DNA of 64,000 nucleotides from an uncultured Methanoregulaceae archaeon (GCA_963805035.1 CAWDSU010000001.1:35465-99464), one strand, 5' to 3'. Counted from the first letter of the stretch, positions 39,299 to 50,113 are shown. A program made the numbers and translations. Notes: a model not told the origin generated them from the letters alone.

Positions 39299-40927
39299 AT
39301 GCATGCAGACGACGTAGTGGACTGCCATGTGCTGGTGATCGGCAGCGGCGGTGCGGGAGTCCGGGCGGCAATCGAGGCTGCGGGATCAGGCGACACTGTG
39401 CTCGTCACAAAAACCATTGCCGGGAAAGGCGGCTGCACCACGATGGCCGAAGGGGGCTACAACGCGGTGCTGAGAAAAGAGGACTCCTGCGAGATCCACT
39501 ACGAGGACACGCTCAAAGGGGGAGCATACCTCAACGACCCGGAGCTTGTGAAGATCCTCGTGCAGGAATCACCGCTGCGCATGGACGACCTGATCCGGTG
39601 GGGGGCGGTCTTCGATTTCACGGACACATGCGAGATCGCCCAGCGCCCGTTCGGCGGCCAGCGGTTCCCCCGTACCTGCTACGCGGGCGACCGGACCGGT
39701 CATGAGATGATGCTGACTCTTGTCGAGAGGCTCGATTCCACAGGAGTCACAAAACTCGAAGAGGTGACGGTGATCGACCTGCTCAAAGAGGCCGACCGGG
39801 TCGCGGGCGCCATCGCGCTTGACGAGAACGGCTCGATTGTGGTCATCACGGCCGACAGCACGATCCTTGCGACCGGCGGAGGGGCCCGGGTCTACGACGT
39901 CTCGACAAATTCATCGAGCGGGACCGGGGACGGCTTTGCGATGGCGTACCGGGCGGGTGCAGAACTCATCGATATGGAGATGATCCAGTTCCACCCGACC
40001 GGCGCGGTGTACCCGTACGATGCCCGGGGACGGCTCATCACGGAAGCGGTCCGGGGCGAAGGGGGCATCCTCGTAAACCGGCTTGGCGAGCGGTTCATGA
40101 AAAAATACGATCCCGACCGGATGGAGCTCTCGACCCGGGACGTGGTCGCCCGGGCGATAGCGACCGAAATCGCGGCAGGAAGAGGCACGCCCCATGGCGG
40201 GGTTTATCTCGATGTCACCCACCTTTCACGGGAGCAGATCGAGACACGGCTTCCGGTGATGCTCGAACAGTTCCTCAAGTTCGGCGTGGACATCCGGACC
40301 GAGCCCATGGAGGTCGCCCCGACCGCCCACCACATCATGGGGGGCCTGAAGATTACGCCCGAGTGCAAAACAACGCTGCCGGGACTTTTTGCCTGCGGGG
40401 AATCCGCCGGTGGCGTCCAGGGAGCGAACCGTCTTGGCGGAAACGCCCTTGCCGATACGCAGGTCTTCGGGAAACGCGCCGGGGAGTTTGCCGCCCGGGC
40501 AGAGAAACGGGTAAAGAAGATCGACCCGGCCCAGATCGCGAAAACAGAAGAACGGCTCAACTGGTTCCTTTCGGGAACAGAAAACCCGGCGAAAGTCCGT
40601 GAAGAACTCCAGCACGCGATGTGGAAAGGTGCCGGGATCTTCCGGGACGAGGTCGGGCTTAAAAATACGCTTGCTGTCGCGAACCGGCTCCTTCAGGCGC
40701 CGATCAAAGCCACTTCGCAGAGGAACCTCGCGGACTGCTGCATTATCGAGAACATGTGCCTGACGGCAACGCTCATTTGCCGCTCGGCGCTGATCCGGCC
40801 CGAGTCCCGGGGCGCCCACATGCGGATCGACATCGCGCAGGAATGGGACGCGGCGCATTCGCCGTGCGGCCACACGTTCATCGCGAAAAACCGCGAAGGG
40901 ATCGAAAAAAGGAAGGTGCCGGCATGA
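39299..40927 (+). CDS. tfrA: Thiol:fumarate reductase subunit A (flavoprotein)
   Basis: IGSGGAG, MAEGG, RPFGG, QFHPTG, TEAVRGEGG, RDVVARA, GANRLGGN, ESRGAH. Confidence 0.92.
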   Translation: MHADDVVDCHVLVIGSGGAGVRAAIEAAGSGDTVLVTKTIAGKGGCTTMAEGGYNAVLRKEDSCEIHYEDTLKGGAYLNDPELVKILVQESPLRMDDLIRWGAVFDFTDTCEIAQRPFGGQRFPRTCYAGDRTGHEMMLTLVERLDSTGVTKLEEVTVIDLLKEADRVAGAIALDENGSIVVITADSTILATGGGARVYDVSTNSSSGTGDGFAMAYRAGAELIDMEMIQFHPTGAVYPYDARGRLITEAVRGEGGILVNRLGERFMKKYDPDRMELSTRDVVARAIATEIAAGRGTPHGGVYLDVTHLSREQIETRLPVMLEQFLKFGVDIRTEPMEVAPTAHHIMGGLKITPECKTTLPGLFACGESAGGVQGANRLGGNALADTQVFGKRAGEFAARAEKRVKKIDPAQIAKTEERLNWFLSGTENPAKVREELQHAMWKGAGIFRDEVGLKNTLAVANRLLQAPIKATSQRNLADCCIIENMCLTATLICRSALIRPESRGAHMRIDIAQEWDAAHSPCGHTFIAKNREGIEKRKVPA

Positions 40928-42390
40928 AGGAACTGCATGTAAAAGTCCAGCGCTTTGACCCGAAAAAGGACAAAGTGCCCCGGGTTGAATCCGTACACGG
41001 TCAGCGTAAACGACGGTGCCCGGGTCCTCCATGTCCTGCACGCGATCCACGATACGATCGATCCCACGCTCGCGTACCGGTACTGCTGCGGCTCCGGGCA
41101 GTGCGGGAGCTGTGCAGTCCGGGTGAATGGCGAACCGGTGCTTGCCTGCATGGAAGAGGCACAGGACGGCATCACGATTGCCCCCTTAAACCTCCCGGTC
41201 AGGCAGGATCTGGTCGTGGATCTCCTGCCGAAGATCGAGCAGATCGCATCGCTGAAACCGGGAGCAGACTGCAAACTGCCGACAAAAGAGGAGATCGACG
41301 CGATCAAACCGTTACGGGACTGCATCGAGTGCCTGGCCTGCGTCTCGGTCTGCCCGGCGATGGACGTGACAAAATTCCTCGGGCCCACCGCGATGCGGCA
41401 GGAGATGCGGCTTGCCCTTGACCCGCGGGACACCGGCGACCGGGTGCCGGACGCGATCCGGGACGGCCTGTTTAACTGCACGAGCTGCCAGGCGTGTTAC
41501 AAGGTCTGCCCGAAGAAGATCAAAATCCCGGGAAAAGCGATCGAGAAACTCCGGGCGCTCGCAAACCAGCGGGGCTTCACGCTGCCCCGGCACCGGGAGG
41601 TCGAGGCGCTCATCAAAGAGACCGGCCGCAGTGTTGTCCGGAGTGCGCCGAGTTTCATGGAGCAGGTCGGCACGACCATCGAGCCGTACGGGCCGGTCAA
41701 AGCCACCGTGGGATTCTTTGTCGGCTGCATGTACAACCTGCGCCAGCAGCAGTCGGCGCTCGACGCGATCGAAGTCCTCAGGCGAAACGGCATCCGGGTG
41801 ATCATCCCCCGGGACCAGATCTGCTGCGGCTCGCCATTGATCCGGACCGGCCAGCTGGACTATCGTCGATACGCTCAGGAAGCGCAACATCGATGCGTTC
41901 CAGTACCCGGGGCATCGACACCGTGATGACGATGTGCGCCGGGTGCGGTTCGACTCTCAAGCACGATTACGTGACGCCGTTTGAAGTGCTGGACATCAAC
42001 GAGATCCTCACGAAGTACGGGATCGAGCCCCCGGCCCGGCTCCCCGTCAAAGCGACCTACCACGATCCCTGCCACCTGATGCGGGGGCAGGATGTGAAAG
42101 ACGAGCCCCGGCAGCTGATCCGGCAGGTGGTCGATCTCATCGAGATGCCATCTATCTGCTGCGGATCGGGCGGCGGGGTGAAGTCGGGCGTGCCGGAGGA
42201 AGCGGCAGCCCTCGGGGAGAAGCGGCGCGAAGAGATCAGAAAGACCGGGGCCGATATTGTCATCACCTCCTGCCCGTTCTGCGAGTTCCACATCGCAAGC
42301 CACTCGGACAAGCCGGTGAAAAATATCATGACGGTTTTGCTTGAAGGGTACCGGGAGAAGGACCGGTTGGCGGGAAAGAAGAACGAGTGA
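40924..42390 (+). CDS. tfrB: Thiol:fumarate reductase subunit B; frameshifts near 40992, 41864 and 41903
   Basis: 2Fe-2S CGSGQCGSC, two 4Fe-4S motifs (CIECLAC, CTSCQAC), CCG domains (CCGSP, YHDPCH, CCGSGGG, CPFC). Confidence 0.9.
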
Positions 42391-42515
42391 GATCCTTTTT
42401 TTTATCGATGATTTTCTTCCCGAACTGAACGATTCCTTTTTAGATGACGCTCTTGGGTGCTTCGCCCCCGCCGCGTGGGCATCCCCCTAGTTAGCGATAG
42501 TGCTGTATTACTTGT

Positions 42516-42794
42516 ACCGGCAGCGGCCCGGAGAGCTACAACACGGTCGCCGGCTACAAGGCAGGCATCGCAGCAGTCCTCGCAAACTCGGCGAACGTCA
42601 CAGCGCACGGGGGGACCCCGGCCCATGACTCCGACAGCGACACGTTCTCCGCGACCCTCAAGTGCCACGCGGCAAACAACGAGATCTTCCTTGTCACCTT
42701 CGGCAGGGAGCAGGTGTCGGTCTCGTCCTACGAGGACGATGCCATCCTGACCGTCGTCGAGACCTGGGCGGACGGTGTTTCCGCCCTCGCCTAG
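42516..42794 (+). pseudogene. 5'-truncated conserved hypothetical gene (multicopy Methanomicrobiales family)
   Basis: No start codon after in-frame stop at 42498; reads ...AHGGTPAHDSDSDTFSATLKCHAANNEIFLVTFGREQVSVSSYEDDAILTVVETWADGVSALA; family recalled from memory. Confidence 0.62.
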
Positions 42795-42805
42795 AGGCGA
42801 TCAAA

Positions 42806-42937
42806 ATGGACAACGAGATCATCCTGGCCGGTGCCTTCCTGGGCACCGGCCTCCTCGCCTATGTGGTAATCCCCGGGCTCCTCGTCATGTGGGACCGGGT
42901 CCTCGACCACATGGAGACAAACGAAGAAAAGAAGTAA
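42806..42937 (+). CDS. 43-aa single-TM peptide
   Basis: GAGGCGA RBS; MDNEIILAGAFLGTGLLAYVVIPGLLVMWDRVLDHMETNEEKK; followed by GCGGGGGA/TCCCCCGC hairpin. Confidence 0.55.
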   Translation: MDNEIILAGAFLGTGLLAYVVIPGLLVMWDRVLDHMETNEEKK

Positions 42938-42998
42938 GAACAGCGGCTAAAAGCGGGGGAGGATCCCCCGCCCCGGCCTGCTTACGGATAAAAAAAGA

Positions 42999-44150
42999 TC
43001 ACCCCGTCTTCATCACGTACTCGAACGCTTCAAGCGCCGCCTTTGCCCCTTCCCCTGCGGCAATAATGATCTGCTTGCTTTTCACCGATGTCACGTCGCC
43101 CGCAGCAAAAACGCCGGGCCGGCTCGTGCGGCCGTCCACGTCCACGATGATCTCGCCCCGCTCGTTTAAGTCCACCAAGCCGTCAAGGATCTCCGTGTTC
43201 GGCGTCCAGCCGGTCTCAATGAATACGCCATCGACGCCGATGCCCTGGTCGGGCTGGCCCTCCGTCTTTATCGTGATACGGTCAAGGAACCGGTCCCCTG
43301 ACAGCCCCGCGATCTGCGAGTGCAGGTGCACCGTGATATTTTTGATCGTTTCGAGTTTTTTCACGTACACCGGATCCGCCTTGATCGTGCTCCTCGCGAT
43401 CAGGCTCACGGACGAGGCAATCCCGCTCATCTCGATCGCTGTCTGGACTGCCGCGTTCCCGCCGCCGACAACAACCACCTTCTTTCCTTTGTAAAGCGGA
43501 CCATCGCAGGTCGCGCAGATCGAAAGTCCCCGCCCGAGATACTTTTCATCTCCGGGTACCCCGAGCATCTTCGGCTGCTTTCCCTGGGTCAGGATCAGGC
43601 TCTTTGCCTTCAGGATTGCCCCGGAAACGGTCGTCACCGCGAAAAAAGTTTCATCGGGTGCGATCCTGCTCACCCGGTCAAGTTCCAGTCGCACATCGAG
43701 GGTTCTCACCTGTTCCTCGAATTTCTTCATCAAATCTTCGCCGGTAATCATCCGGTAGCCCATGTAGTTCTCGATCGCCCATGATTCCAGCGCCTGACCC
43801 CCAATCGTATCCGAAACAATGAGGGTTTTTAAGAGTTTGCGTGCACAGTACACCCCGGCGGTCAGCCCTGCCGGGCCTGCTCCAACGATAAGAACATCGT
43901 AGGTCTCGTTTGCCGCATATGTCCCGAACAATTCATTCAACCGCTGAGAATCAAACCCGACAATGACCTCGTCGTCAACCGTGATCACCGGTACCCCACG
44001 CTGGCCCGAGAGCGCAATCATCTTCTGTGCCGCAGCAGCGTCTGTACCAACATCGATAGAAGTATAGGTAACAGCCTGCTTGTCGAGGAACGCTTTTGCC
44101 ATCCGGCAGTACGGGCAGTTCTGGGTGGAATAAACGGTGACCGTGCTCAT
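42999..44150 (-). CDS. Glutaredoxin-thioredoxin reductase fusion
   Basis: N-terminal CPYC..GQRGVP..IVGF; GAGPAG, CATCDG, GGGNAA, FAAGD. Confidence 0.9.
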   Translation of the reverse strand: MSTVTVYSTQNCPYCRMAKAFLDKQAVTYTSIDVGTDAAAAQKMIALSGQRGVPVITVDDEVIVGFDSQRLNELFGTYAANETYDVLIVGAGPAGLTAGVYCARKLLKTLIVSDTIGGQALESWAIENYMGYRMITGEDLMKKFEEQVRTLDVRLELDRVSRIAPDETFFAVTTVSGAILKAKSLILTQGKQPKMLGVPGDEKYLGRGLSICATCDGPLYKGKKVVVVGGGNAAVQTAIEMSGIASSVSLIARSTIKADPVYVKKLETIKNITVHLHSQIAGLSGDRFLDRITIKTEGQPDQGIGVDGVFIETGWTPNTEILDGLVDLNERGEIIVDVDGRTSRPGVFAAGDVTSVKSKQIIIAAGEGAKAALEAFEYVMKTG

Positions 44151-44276
44151 CAATGCGAAGAGGTTTCCGACGAATATAAAGATTATGCAGCAGCCTTGGG
44201 GGGGCAGCAGCATAAGCGCAAATTTCTTTTCCCGTGAACCCTAATACACCATTTATACAGAGAACAGGATAGTACC

Positions 44277-45571
44277 ATGCACGCGAACGCCGGACGTAAA
44301 CTCTGCTGGGGAATGGTCTTGGGGACGGTCGTTGTGCTGCTGCTCTGTATTTCCGCAGCAGCTGCATCATCCGGTACAGCTCCTGTCCCCAGCGGCCCGG
44401 TGGTTTACCTCAATTTCGACGAGGGAAGCGGCAATCTGGCTCTTGACGCATCCGGGCATGGAAACACCGGGACTATCCACGGCGACGCCTTCCGGGTTGA
44501 TAATGACGGATGTGTGAAAGCGCTGGTGCTCGAAGGTAATGCGAGTTATGTATCCATACCCTATACACCTGCAAACCATCCCGCCGATGCCATCACGATT
44601 TCTCTGTGGTTCTATGTAAACGACACGACACCCCAGACGCTGATCTCGACATACTATGACGGAGGTGGGTACCGGCTTGCGTTCGATGAAGGAAACGATC
44701 TCTTCTGGACACTCGGGCTTGACAACCCGGGGGGGGACGTTTCTGTGGTCATTCCGCACGAGAATATTGCACTCGGGCAATGGCATCAGGTAACGGGTAC
44801 CTACGATGGCCAGATATCTAAGATTTATCTCGATGGGATTCTCCGCAGCCAGGTGAATGCGACGGGTGAAATCCGCTATTCCGATAATAACTCCATCCAG
44901 ATCTGTGCTGAAGCAGGGGCCGCAGAGTCGCCCGACCAAGATGCCCCTCGTTTCCTTACCGGGGGGATCGATGAGGTCAGGATCTACAACCGGGCGCTTT
45001 CCTACGGACAAGTTATGGATGACCATTACCAGTGCACCGCCGCCCCCGGAACGGGCATCCTGTCACTTCCCACCAGCATCCCGCCCGCTTTTCTTACCTC
45101 GGGTATCTCACACTGGGTACAGGAGAAACCGTCACAAAAAAGCTGACCTTTTCGAACCAGGTCGAAGAGGGAACCTGGCATGTTTATGTTCCTTCAGGCT
45201 CGCAACTGACGGTCGGTGCCACAGACGCATATTCCGAAATTTATCGCGATGAATGGTACGTGGAACTCAAAGACCGGGATACCCGTCTCACCCGGGTGGT
45301 CGCTTTCCCGGTCGCCAACAATGCGCCGGCTACCGGCACTATCGCATCGGGCAACGCCACCGTGCTTGTACACTACTTCGGTGGCCCGGCCCGGTTCCCG
45401 GCAGGTGTTCGTGTCACCTTCACCTGCGCCAATCCGGAAATCCCTGTATCGTCACTTCCAAAGGCAATTCTCGAATACCCCATTATTGTGATTTATTCTG
45501 CATCATGGGCGACGCTGGTTGCTCTTGTCGTAGTCATAGTCTGGGCCCATAAGCGACGCACCAGACCATAA
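44277..45571 (+). CDS. Secreted LamG-like jellyroll protein with C-terminal TM; frameshift near 45105
   Basis: Signal peptide, FDEGSG..DASG.GN.G, WHQVTGTYDG..IYLDG, GGIDEVRIYNRALS; C-terminal anchor in the second frame. Confidence 0.82.
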
Positions 45572-45645
45572 CCCTCTCTTCTTTTGGGATGGGGAATAGT
45601 GGGGCAGGGTGCGACAGCGGACGCACTGCAAGGCAATAAAAAGAG

Positions 45646-46149
45646 TTAAAGGGTAATTTCGCGGAACTGCTTCCCGAATACCCCGCAGATCGGGCACTTG
45701 TCCGGAGCCTTCCCGATCTCGATATTGCCGCAGACCGGACAGAGGAAGATCGATTCCCTGCCGAGATCGTGACCAGCCTTGAGGGCAGCAAGCGCCTTTT
45801 TGTACAGGTCTGCGTGAACCGCTTCTGCTTTCATGGCAAGGGTAAACGCAAGCACCGCATCGCTCTTCTTCTCGGATTCAGCCTCTTTTACAAAGGCGGG
45901 ATACATGGAAGTATACTCGTGGGTCTCCCCTTCAATACTTCCTTCAAGGTTCTTCTGGGTTGTGTCGATTGCCCCCAGTACTTTTAAGAGCTTCTTTGCG
46001 TGGATGGCCTCGGCCTCTGATGCCGCCTTGTACAGTGTCGCAATATTTTTGAACCCCTCGGCAGCAGCTTTTTCGGAAAACGCGAGATACTTCCGGTTTG
46101 CCTGCGATTCGCCGGCAAATGCGTCCATTGCATTCTTCTGGGTTGTCAT
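45646..46149 (-). CDS. rbr: Rubrerythrin
   Basis: AFAGESQANRKY, EAIHA, GETHEYTSMYP, EAVH, CPVCG..CPICG. Confidence 0.93.
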   Translation of the reverse strand: MTTQKNAMDAFAGESQANRKYLAFSEKAAAEGFKNIATLYKAASEAEAIHAKKLLKVLGAIDTTQKNLEGSIEGETHEYTSMYPAFVKEAESEKKSDAVLAFTLAMKAEAVHADLYKKALAALKAGHDLGRESIFLCPVCGNIEIGKAPDKCPICGVFGKQFREITL

Positions 46150-46332
46150 GCGGGAAGGTATAGTCTGAGTTTTACTTAAAGATTCTTCATGGGGCAGATC
46201 CGCTCATGAAATTGTCCGGATCCCGGTATTTGCCGGAATAAATATGAAAGCAGTTATAGACCGGGGAAAACCACGCATACGTATGCGTGAACAGGTACCG
46301 GCCCCGTGTATCTGCCGGCTCCGGGTCGTATC

Positions 46333-46995
46333 ATGAAAAAGATGAAAGATGTCCCCGAGCATGACCGCCCGCGGGAAAAGATCGCAAAAAAAGGTGTGGC
46401 GGCACTCACCGATACGGAACTCATCGAGGCCATTCTCGGGAGAGGAGTGATAAACCGGGATGTCCGGATGATCGCAAGGGACCTCGCCGCGATGTTTGGC
46501 GATCATACCCGGGAGATCCGGTATGAAGATGTGCTGACCATCGGGGGCATCGGGCCGACAAAAGCCGCCCAGATCATGGCCTGCCTTGAACTCGGGCGCC
46601 GCAGGTATGAACCGGCCGGTGCCGTAAAGATCCAGAAACCGGAGGATGTCCTGCCGCTCGTGGGCACCTACCGGGAAAAACCGCAGGAATATTTTATCTG
46701 CATCAGCCTCACCGGTGCCGGCGAGGTGATCAGGAGCCGGGTAGTCACGATCGGTATCCTCAATCACAGTCTCGTCCATCCCCGCGAAGTATTTGCCGGG
46801 GCGATTACCGACCGGGCAGCATCCGTCATCTGCGTGCACAACCACCCGTCAGGATCGCTTGACGCAAGTACCCAGGATATCGCGATCACACGACAGCTTC
46901 AGGAAGCAGGTACCCTCCTTGGCATCCAGCTTCTCGACCATATTATCATCACAAAGACCGGTTTTTCCAGCATGAAAGAGAAAGGGCTGGTCTGA
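46333..46995 (+). CDS. radC: RadC/JAB-domain protein (bacterial UPF0758)
   Basis: DRPREK, GIGPTKA, VHPREVF, HNHPSG, S.QD, LLDHIII. Confidence 0.93.
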   Translation: MKKMKDVPEHDRPREKIAKKGVAALTDTELIEAILGRGVINRDVRMIARDLAAMFGDHTREIRYEDVLTIGGIGPTKAAQIMACLELGRRRYEPAGAVKIQKPEDVLPLVGTYREKPQEYFICISLTGAGEVIRSRVVTIGILNHSLVHPREVFAGAITDRAASVICVHNHPSGSLDASTQDIAITRQLQEAGTLLGIQLLDHIIITKTGFSSMKEKGLV

Positions 46996-47032
46996 TCTGC
47001 GGGCCCGGGACAGCTCATCCGGGGTTAATCCA

Positions 47033-47647
47033 TTATTTCACAGAGGGCTGCCCGGCTGCAGCAAGCGACGCTCCCAGAGCATATCCTTTTTTATACGCCG
47101 CATCGAGAAGATCCGGCCTTGTTCTGATATCCCTGATCCGGTCCATCCCATTTACCAACAGCTCATCCCGGTACTGGCAGTCAATGATGTCAAAAAAAGC
47201 CCTGACCGTCAGTTTTGGCCCGACAAACACTTCCGGGATATCCATCCCGGAGATGCAGATGAAAATGCCATTGCGACCTGCCATAGTATCCGAAGAAACC
47301 AGAGGTTGCTTCCGACAATACTTGGCCATGAAAAAGACCTGGAACCGATCCATAAACGATTTGAGGGTGCCGGGAACCCCCATCGTCATCACGGGGGTTG
47401 CGAGGATCAGGCTGTTCATCTCCACAAATTTCGGGTAGATCTGCTGCATATCATCGTCAAGGATGCAGGTCTCGTGATCCCGGCAGAAAAACTTCTCCTG
47501 ACAGCCCTGGAAATTCAGATTGGTCACCGGGATGAGTTCCACTTCGCAGCCGGCATCCCGGGCACCCTGTACTGCCCGTTCAAGCAACTGTGCGGTGTTG
47601 CCTTCAGGGAGAGGACTGCCTAAGAGGCCAATAACCTTTTTTACCAT
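47033..47647 (-). CDS. Flavodoxin-fold (Isf-like) protein
   Basis: GLLGSP..GNT, CQEKFFC-x5-C, ATPV, LKSFMDR. Confidence 0.87.
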   Translation of the reverse strand: MVKKVIGLLGSPLPEGNTAQLLERAVQGARDAGCEVELIPVTNLNFQGCQEKFFCRDHETCILDDDMQQIYPKFVEMNSLILATPVMTMGVPGTLKSFMDRFQVFFMAKYCRKQPLVSSDTMAGRNGIFICISGMDIPEVFVGPKLTVRAFFDIIDCQYRDELLVNGMDRIRDIRTRPDLLDAAYKKGYALGASLAAAGQPSVK

Positions 47648-47775
47648 ACCTGCATTAGGGAGAAAAAACCAATATAGTTTTGCATACGGGGAAAAAATGA
47701 TCTATTGCCCGCTGACAACGGACACGGATGTACTAACACAACTGATATATATCTTTGACATAAAAGTGAAGTCTG

Positions 47776-48015
47776 GTGATAAATCTGACCGAACAAAAGA
47801 CCTATACGGCAGGCCAGAAGGTTGGGCCGGGAAAATACGTCTGTATCGACTGCGGTAAGGAGTTCACGCTTGACAAGAGCGAGCAGGATCTCCGGAAATG
47901 CCCGGCCTGTTCCTGCGAGGAGTACCAGTGTTTCCCGATGACTCACATCCGCCCGGACATCAAGACTCCTGAAGATGCAAAGAACCCGCCCAGACGCGGC
48001 AAGAGTTTCCAGTAA
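47776..48015 (+). CDS. Small zinc-ribbon protein
   Basis: YTAGQKVGPGKYVCIDCG..CPACSC. Confidence 0.72.
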   Translation: MINLTEQKTYTAGQKVGPGKYVCIDCGKEFTLDKSEQDLRKCPACSCEEYQCFPMTHIRPDIKTPEDAKNPPRRGKSFQ

Positions 48016-48148
48016 CTTCTCATTTTTCCGGCAACGGTACTGCCAGTTGTGAATGCCCGGGACGCCTACAAGGGGATTTTCGGGGCCCGTGTGAAAAATG
48101 CACGTCTGCATATGGATTAACCCGTCTAACGAAAGGAAGAATCTCAGT

Positions 48149-48277
48149 ATGGTGAATGTATCCGCAGAAGGGCAGGTCTTCAAATGCGAGATCTGCGGGA
48201 ATGTTGTGATCGTGAAAGAAGCCGGCGGCGGAGAACTGATCTGCTGCGGGGAACCCATGAAACTGGAGAGTGAATGA
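48149..48277 (+). CDS. Desulforedoxin-like FeS4 protein (42 aa, below the ORF-track cutoff)
   Basis: [42 protein letters not shown]; ATGA overlap with the next gene. Confidence 0.88.
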   Translation: MVNVSAEGQVFKCEICGNVVIVKEAGGGELICCGEPMKLESE

Positions 48278-48657
48278 GTATGGTAGTAAAGAAGATTGTA
48301 GTAAGGAAAGGTACCGAAAAAGAACTCAAAAGTCTTGGAAAAAAGATCGGGAAAGTGCCCAAGTTCTTCAAGGAGCTGACCGTCAACGACCCCGAGATGT
48401 ACAACCTCGTCATCAAGATGGAGGACCACATCTGGGATGATGGCAAGCTCACAAGGAAGACCAAGAAGCTGATCGCAATCGCGATTGCAGCGGCACTCCG
48501 CGACCAGCACGCTGTCCATGCCCAGCTGATAGGGGCGGCAAATCTCGGTGTCACAAAAGCCGAGGTCGAAGAGGCGCTCCGGGTCACGTTCCTCCTGTCG
48601 GGCATGCCGGCCTATGTCTATGGCAAGGCCCAGCTCGATGAAGTGATGAAGAAGTAA
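48274..48657 (+). CDS. Carboxymuconolactone decarboxylase/AhpD-like protein
   Basis: [34 protein letters not shown]. Confidence 0.85.
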   Translation: MSMVVKKIVVRKGTEKELKSLGKKIGKVPKFFKELTVNDPEMYNLVIKMEDHIWDDGKLTRKTKKLIAIAIAAALRDQHAVHAQLIGAANLGVTKAEVEEALRVTFLLSGMPAYVYGKAQLDEVMKK

Positions 48658-48813
48658 CCAAAGGCTGCTGGCAGGACAGGAAACTCCTGCTTCCCGATTT
48701 TTTAGACATTTAAGTTAATACTTGCCATATATCAGGTGCAGGATTCCGGGAAACGAGACCGGACCGGGTACTGCATCCAATGATTTTTGTGCCACTATCG
48801 CCAAGCATCATCT

Positions 48814-49440
48814 ATGCCCGTGAAAGTCCTCGCGTTTGCCGGAAGCCCGCGCCGGCACGGCAATTCGGAGACCCTGCTTGACTGGACGCTCGCATCCATG
48901 GCAGAGGAACCGGACGTCACGGTCGAGAAGGTCCCGCTCACCGAGGCAGATATCAACCCCTGCCGGGGCTGCAACGCGTGCGAGAAACTCAACAAGTGTG
49001 TCCAGCGCGACGGGATGGATACATATCACGATAGGATCGTCGAAGCGGACTGCATTGTCCTCTCCTCCCCCATCTTCTGCATGGGCCTTGCCTCGCAGGT
49101 AAAAGCCCTTGTTGACCGGGCGCAGGTCTTCCGTTCCCGGAAATATGTTCTCAAGCTGCCGGTTGTCCCACCGGAGCGGATAGGTAAACGCATGGGTGTG
49201 TTCCTTGCAACGGCCGGCCAGACCTGGCCGCATGTCTTTGACGCGGCGGTGCCCTCGGTCAAGTGCTTTTACCATGTCATCGACATCAAGGACGCGGATA
49301 TCCGGTACCTGATGGTAAACGGCGTGGACGAGAAAGGAGCGATCGAACACCATGCCACCGCCCGCTCTGATGCCATAAAACTGGGAAAGACTGTCATCGC
49401 CGAAATCAAAGTCCGGCTGGGTGCAGGAGCCGGAAAATGA
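48814..49440 (+). CDS. Iron-sulfur flavoprotein (Isf-like)
   Basis: AGSPRRHGNSE, CRGCNACEKLNKC, SPI, KALVDRAQ. Confidence 0.9.
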   Translation: MPVKVLAFAGSPRRHGNSETLLDWTLASMAEEPDVTVEKVPLTEADINPCRGCNACEKLNKCVQRDGMDTYHDRIVEADCIVLSSPIFCMGLASQVKALVDRAQVFRSRKYVLKLPVVPPERIGKRMGVFLATAGQTWPHVFDAAVPSVKCFYHVIDIKDADIRYLMVNGVDEKGAIEHHATARSDAIKLGKTVIAEIKVRLGAGAGK

Positions 49441-50042
49441 CCGTCACGGTCCTTGGGATATCCGGAAGCCCGCGCCGGCATGGGAACACCGAGACGCTCC
49501 TTGACAGTTTCCTTGACGGCGCGAGAGCGGCGGGGGCCACGGTGGAAAAAGTGGTGCTCAGGGAGATCAATTACTCTCCCTGCCGGGGGTGCAACGCCTG
49601 CCACAAGACCGGTGAATGCGTGGTAAAAGACGATGCCCCGGGCCTGTATGACCGGATCCTTGCCGCCGACTGCGTCGCGGTTGCCTCCCCCATCTACAGC
49701 ATGGGAATCACGGCCCAGCTCAAAGGGTTCATCGACCGGGCGCAGTATCTCTGGGCACGGAAGTTCATCCTTAAAACACTGGACTTTTCTGAGGATCATA
49801 TCAAAAAACACAAAGGCGTCTTCATCTCGACTGCCGGGCAGAACCAGGCACACGTCTTCGACAGTGCGTTCCCGGCGATCACTGCATTCTTCCATGGTAC
49901 GGGGTTTGACTATTCTGAAAATATCGTTGCCAACAACATGGACCAGTACAACGGGATAAAAAACCATCCGACCGCGTTAAAAGAGGCGTACGAGAAAGGG
50001 CAGCAGGTCGTGCTGGATCTGGAAAAACTCAAAAATACGTGA
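49437..50042 (+). CDS. Iron-sulfur flavoprotein (Isf-like), tandem paralog
   Basis: SGSPRRHGNTE, CRGCNACHKTGEC, SPIY, KGFIDRAQ. Confidence 0.9.
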   Translation: MTVTVLGISGSPRRHGNTETLLDSFLDGARAAGATVEKVVLREINYSPCRGCNACHKTGECVVKDDAPGLYDRILAADCVAVASPIYSMGITAQLKGFIDRAQYLWARKFILKTLDFSEDHIKKHKGVFISTAGQNQAHVFDSAFPAITAFFHGTGFDYSENIVANNMDQYNGIKNHPTALKEAYEKGQQVVLDLEKLKNT

Positions 50043-50113
50043 AAACCGGGGATCTCACCAGAGGGGTCAATGGAAATATCACATTTTCTGCTTTTTTCAG
50101 GCTTTAAAAAAGA

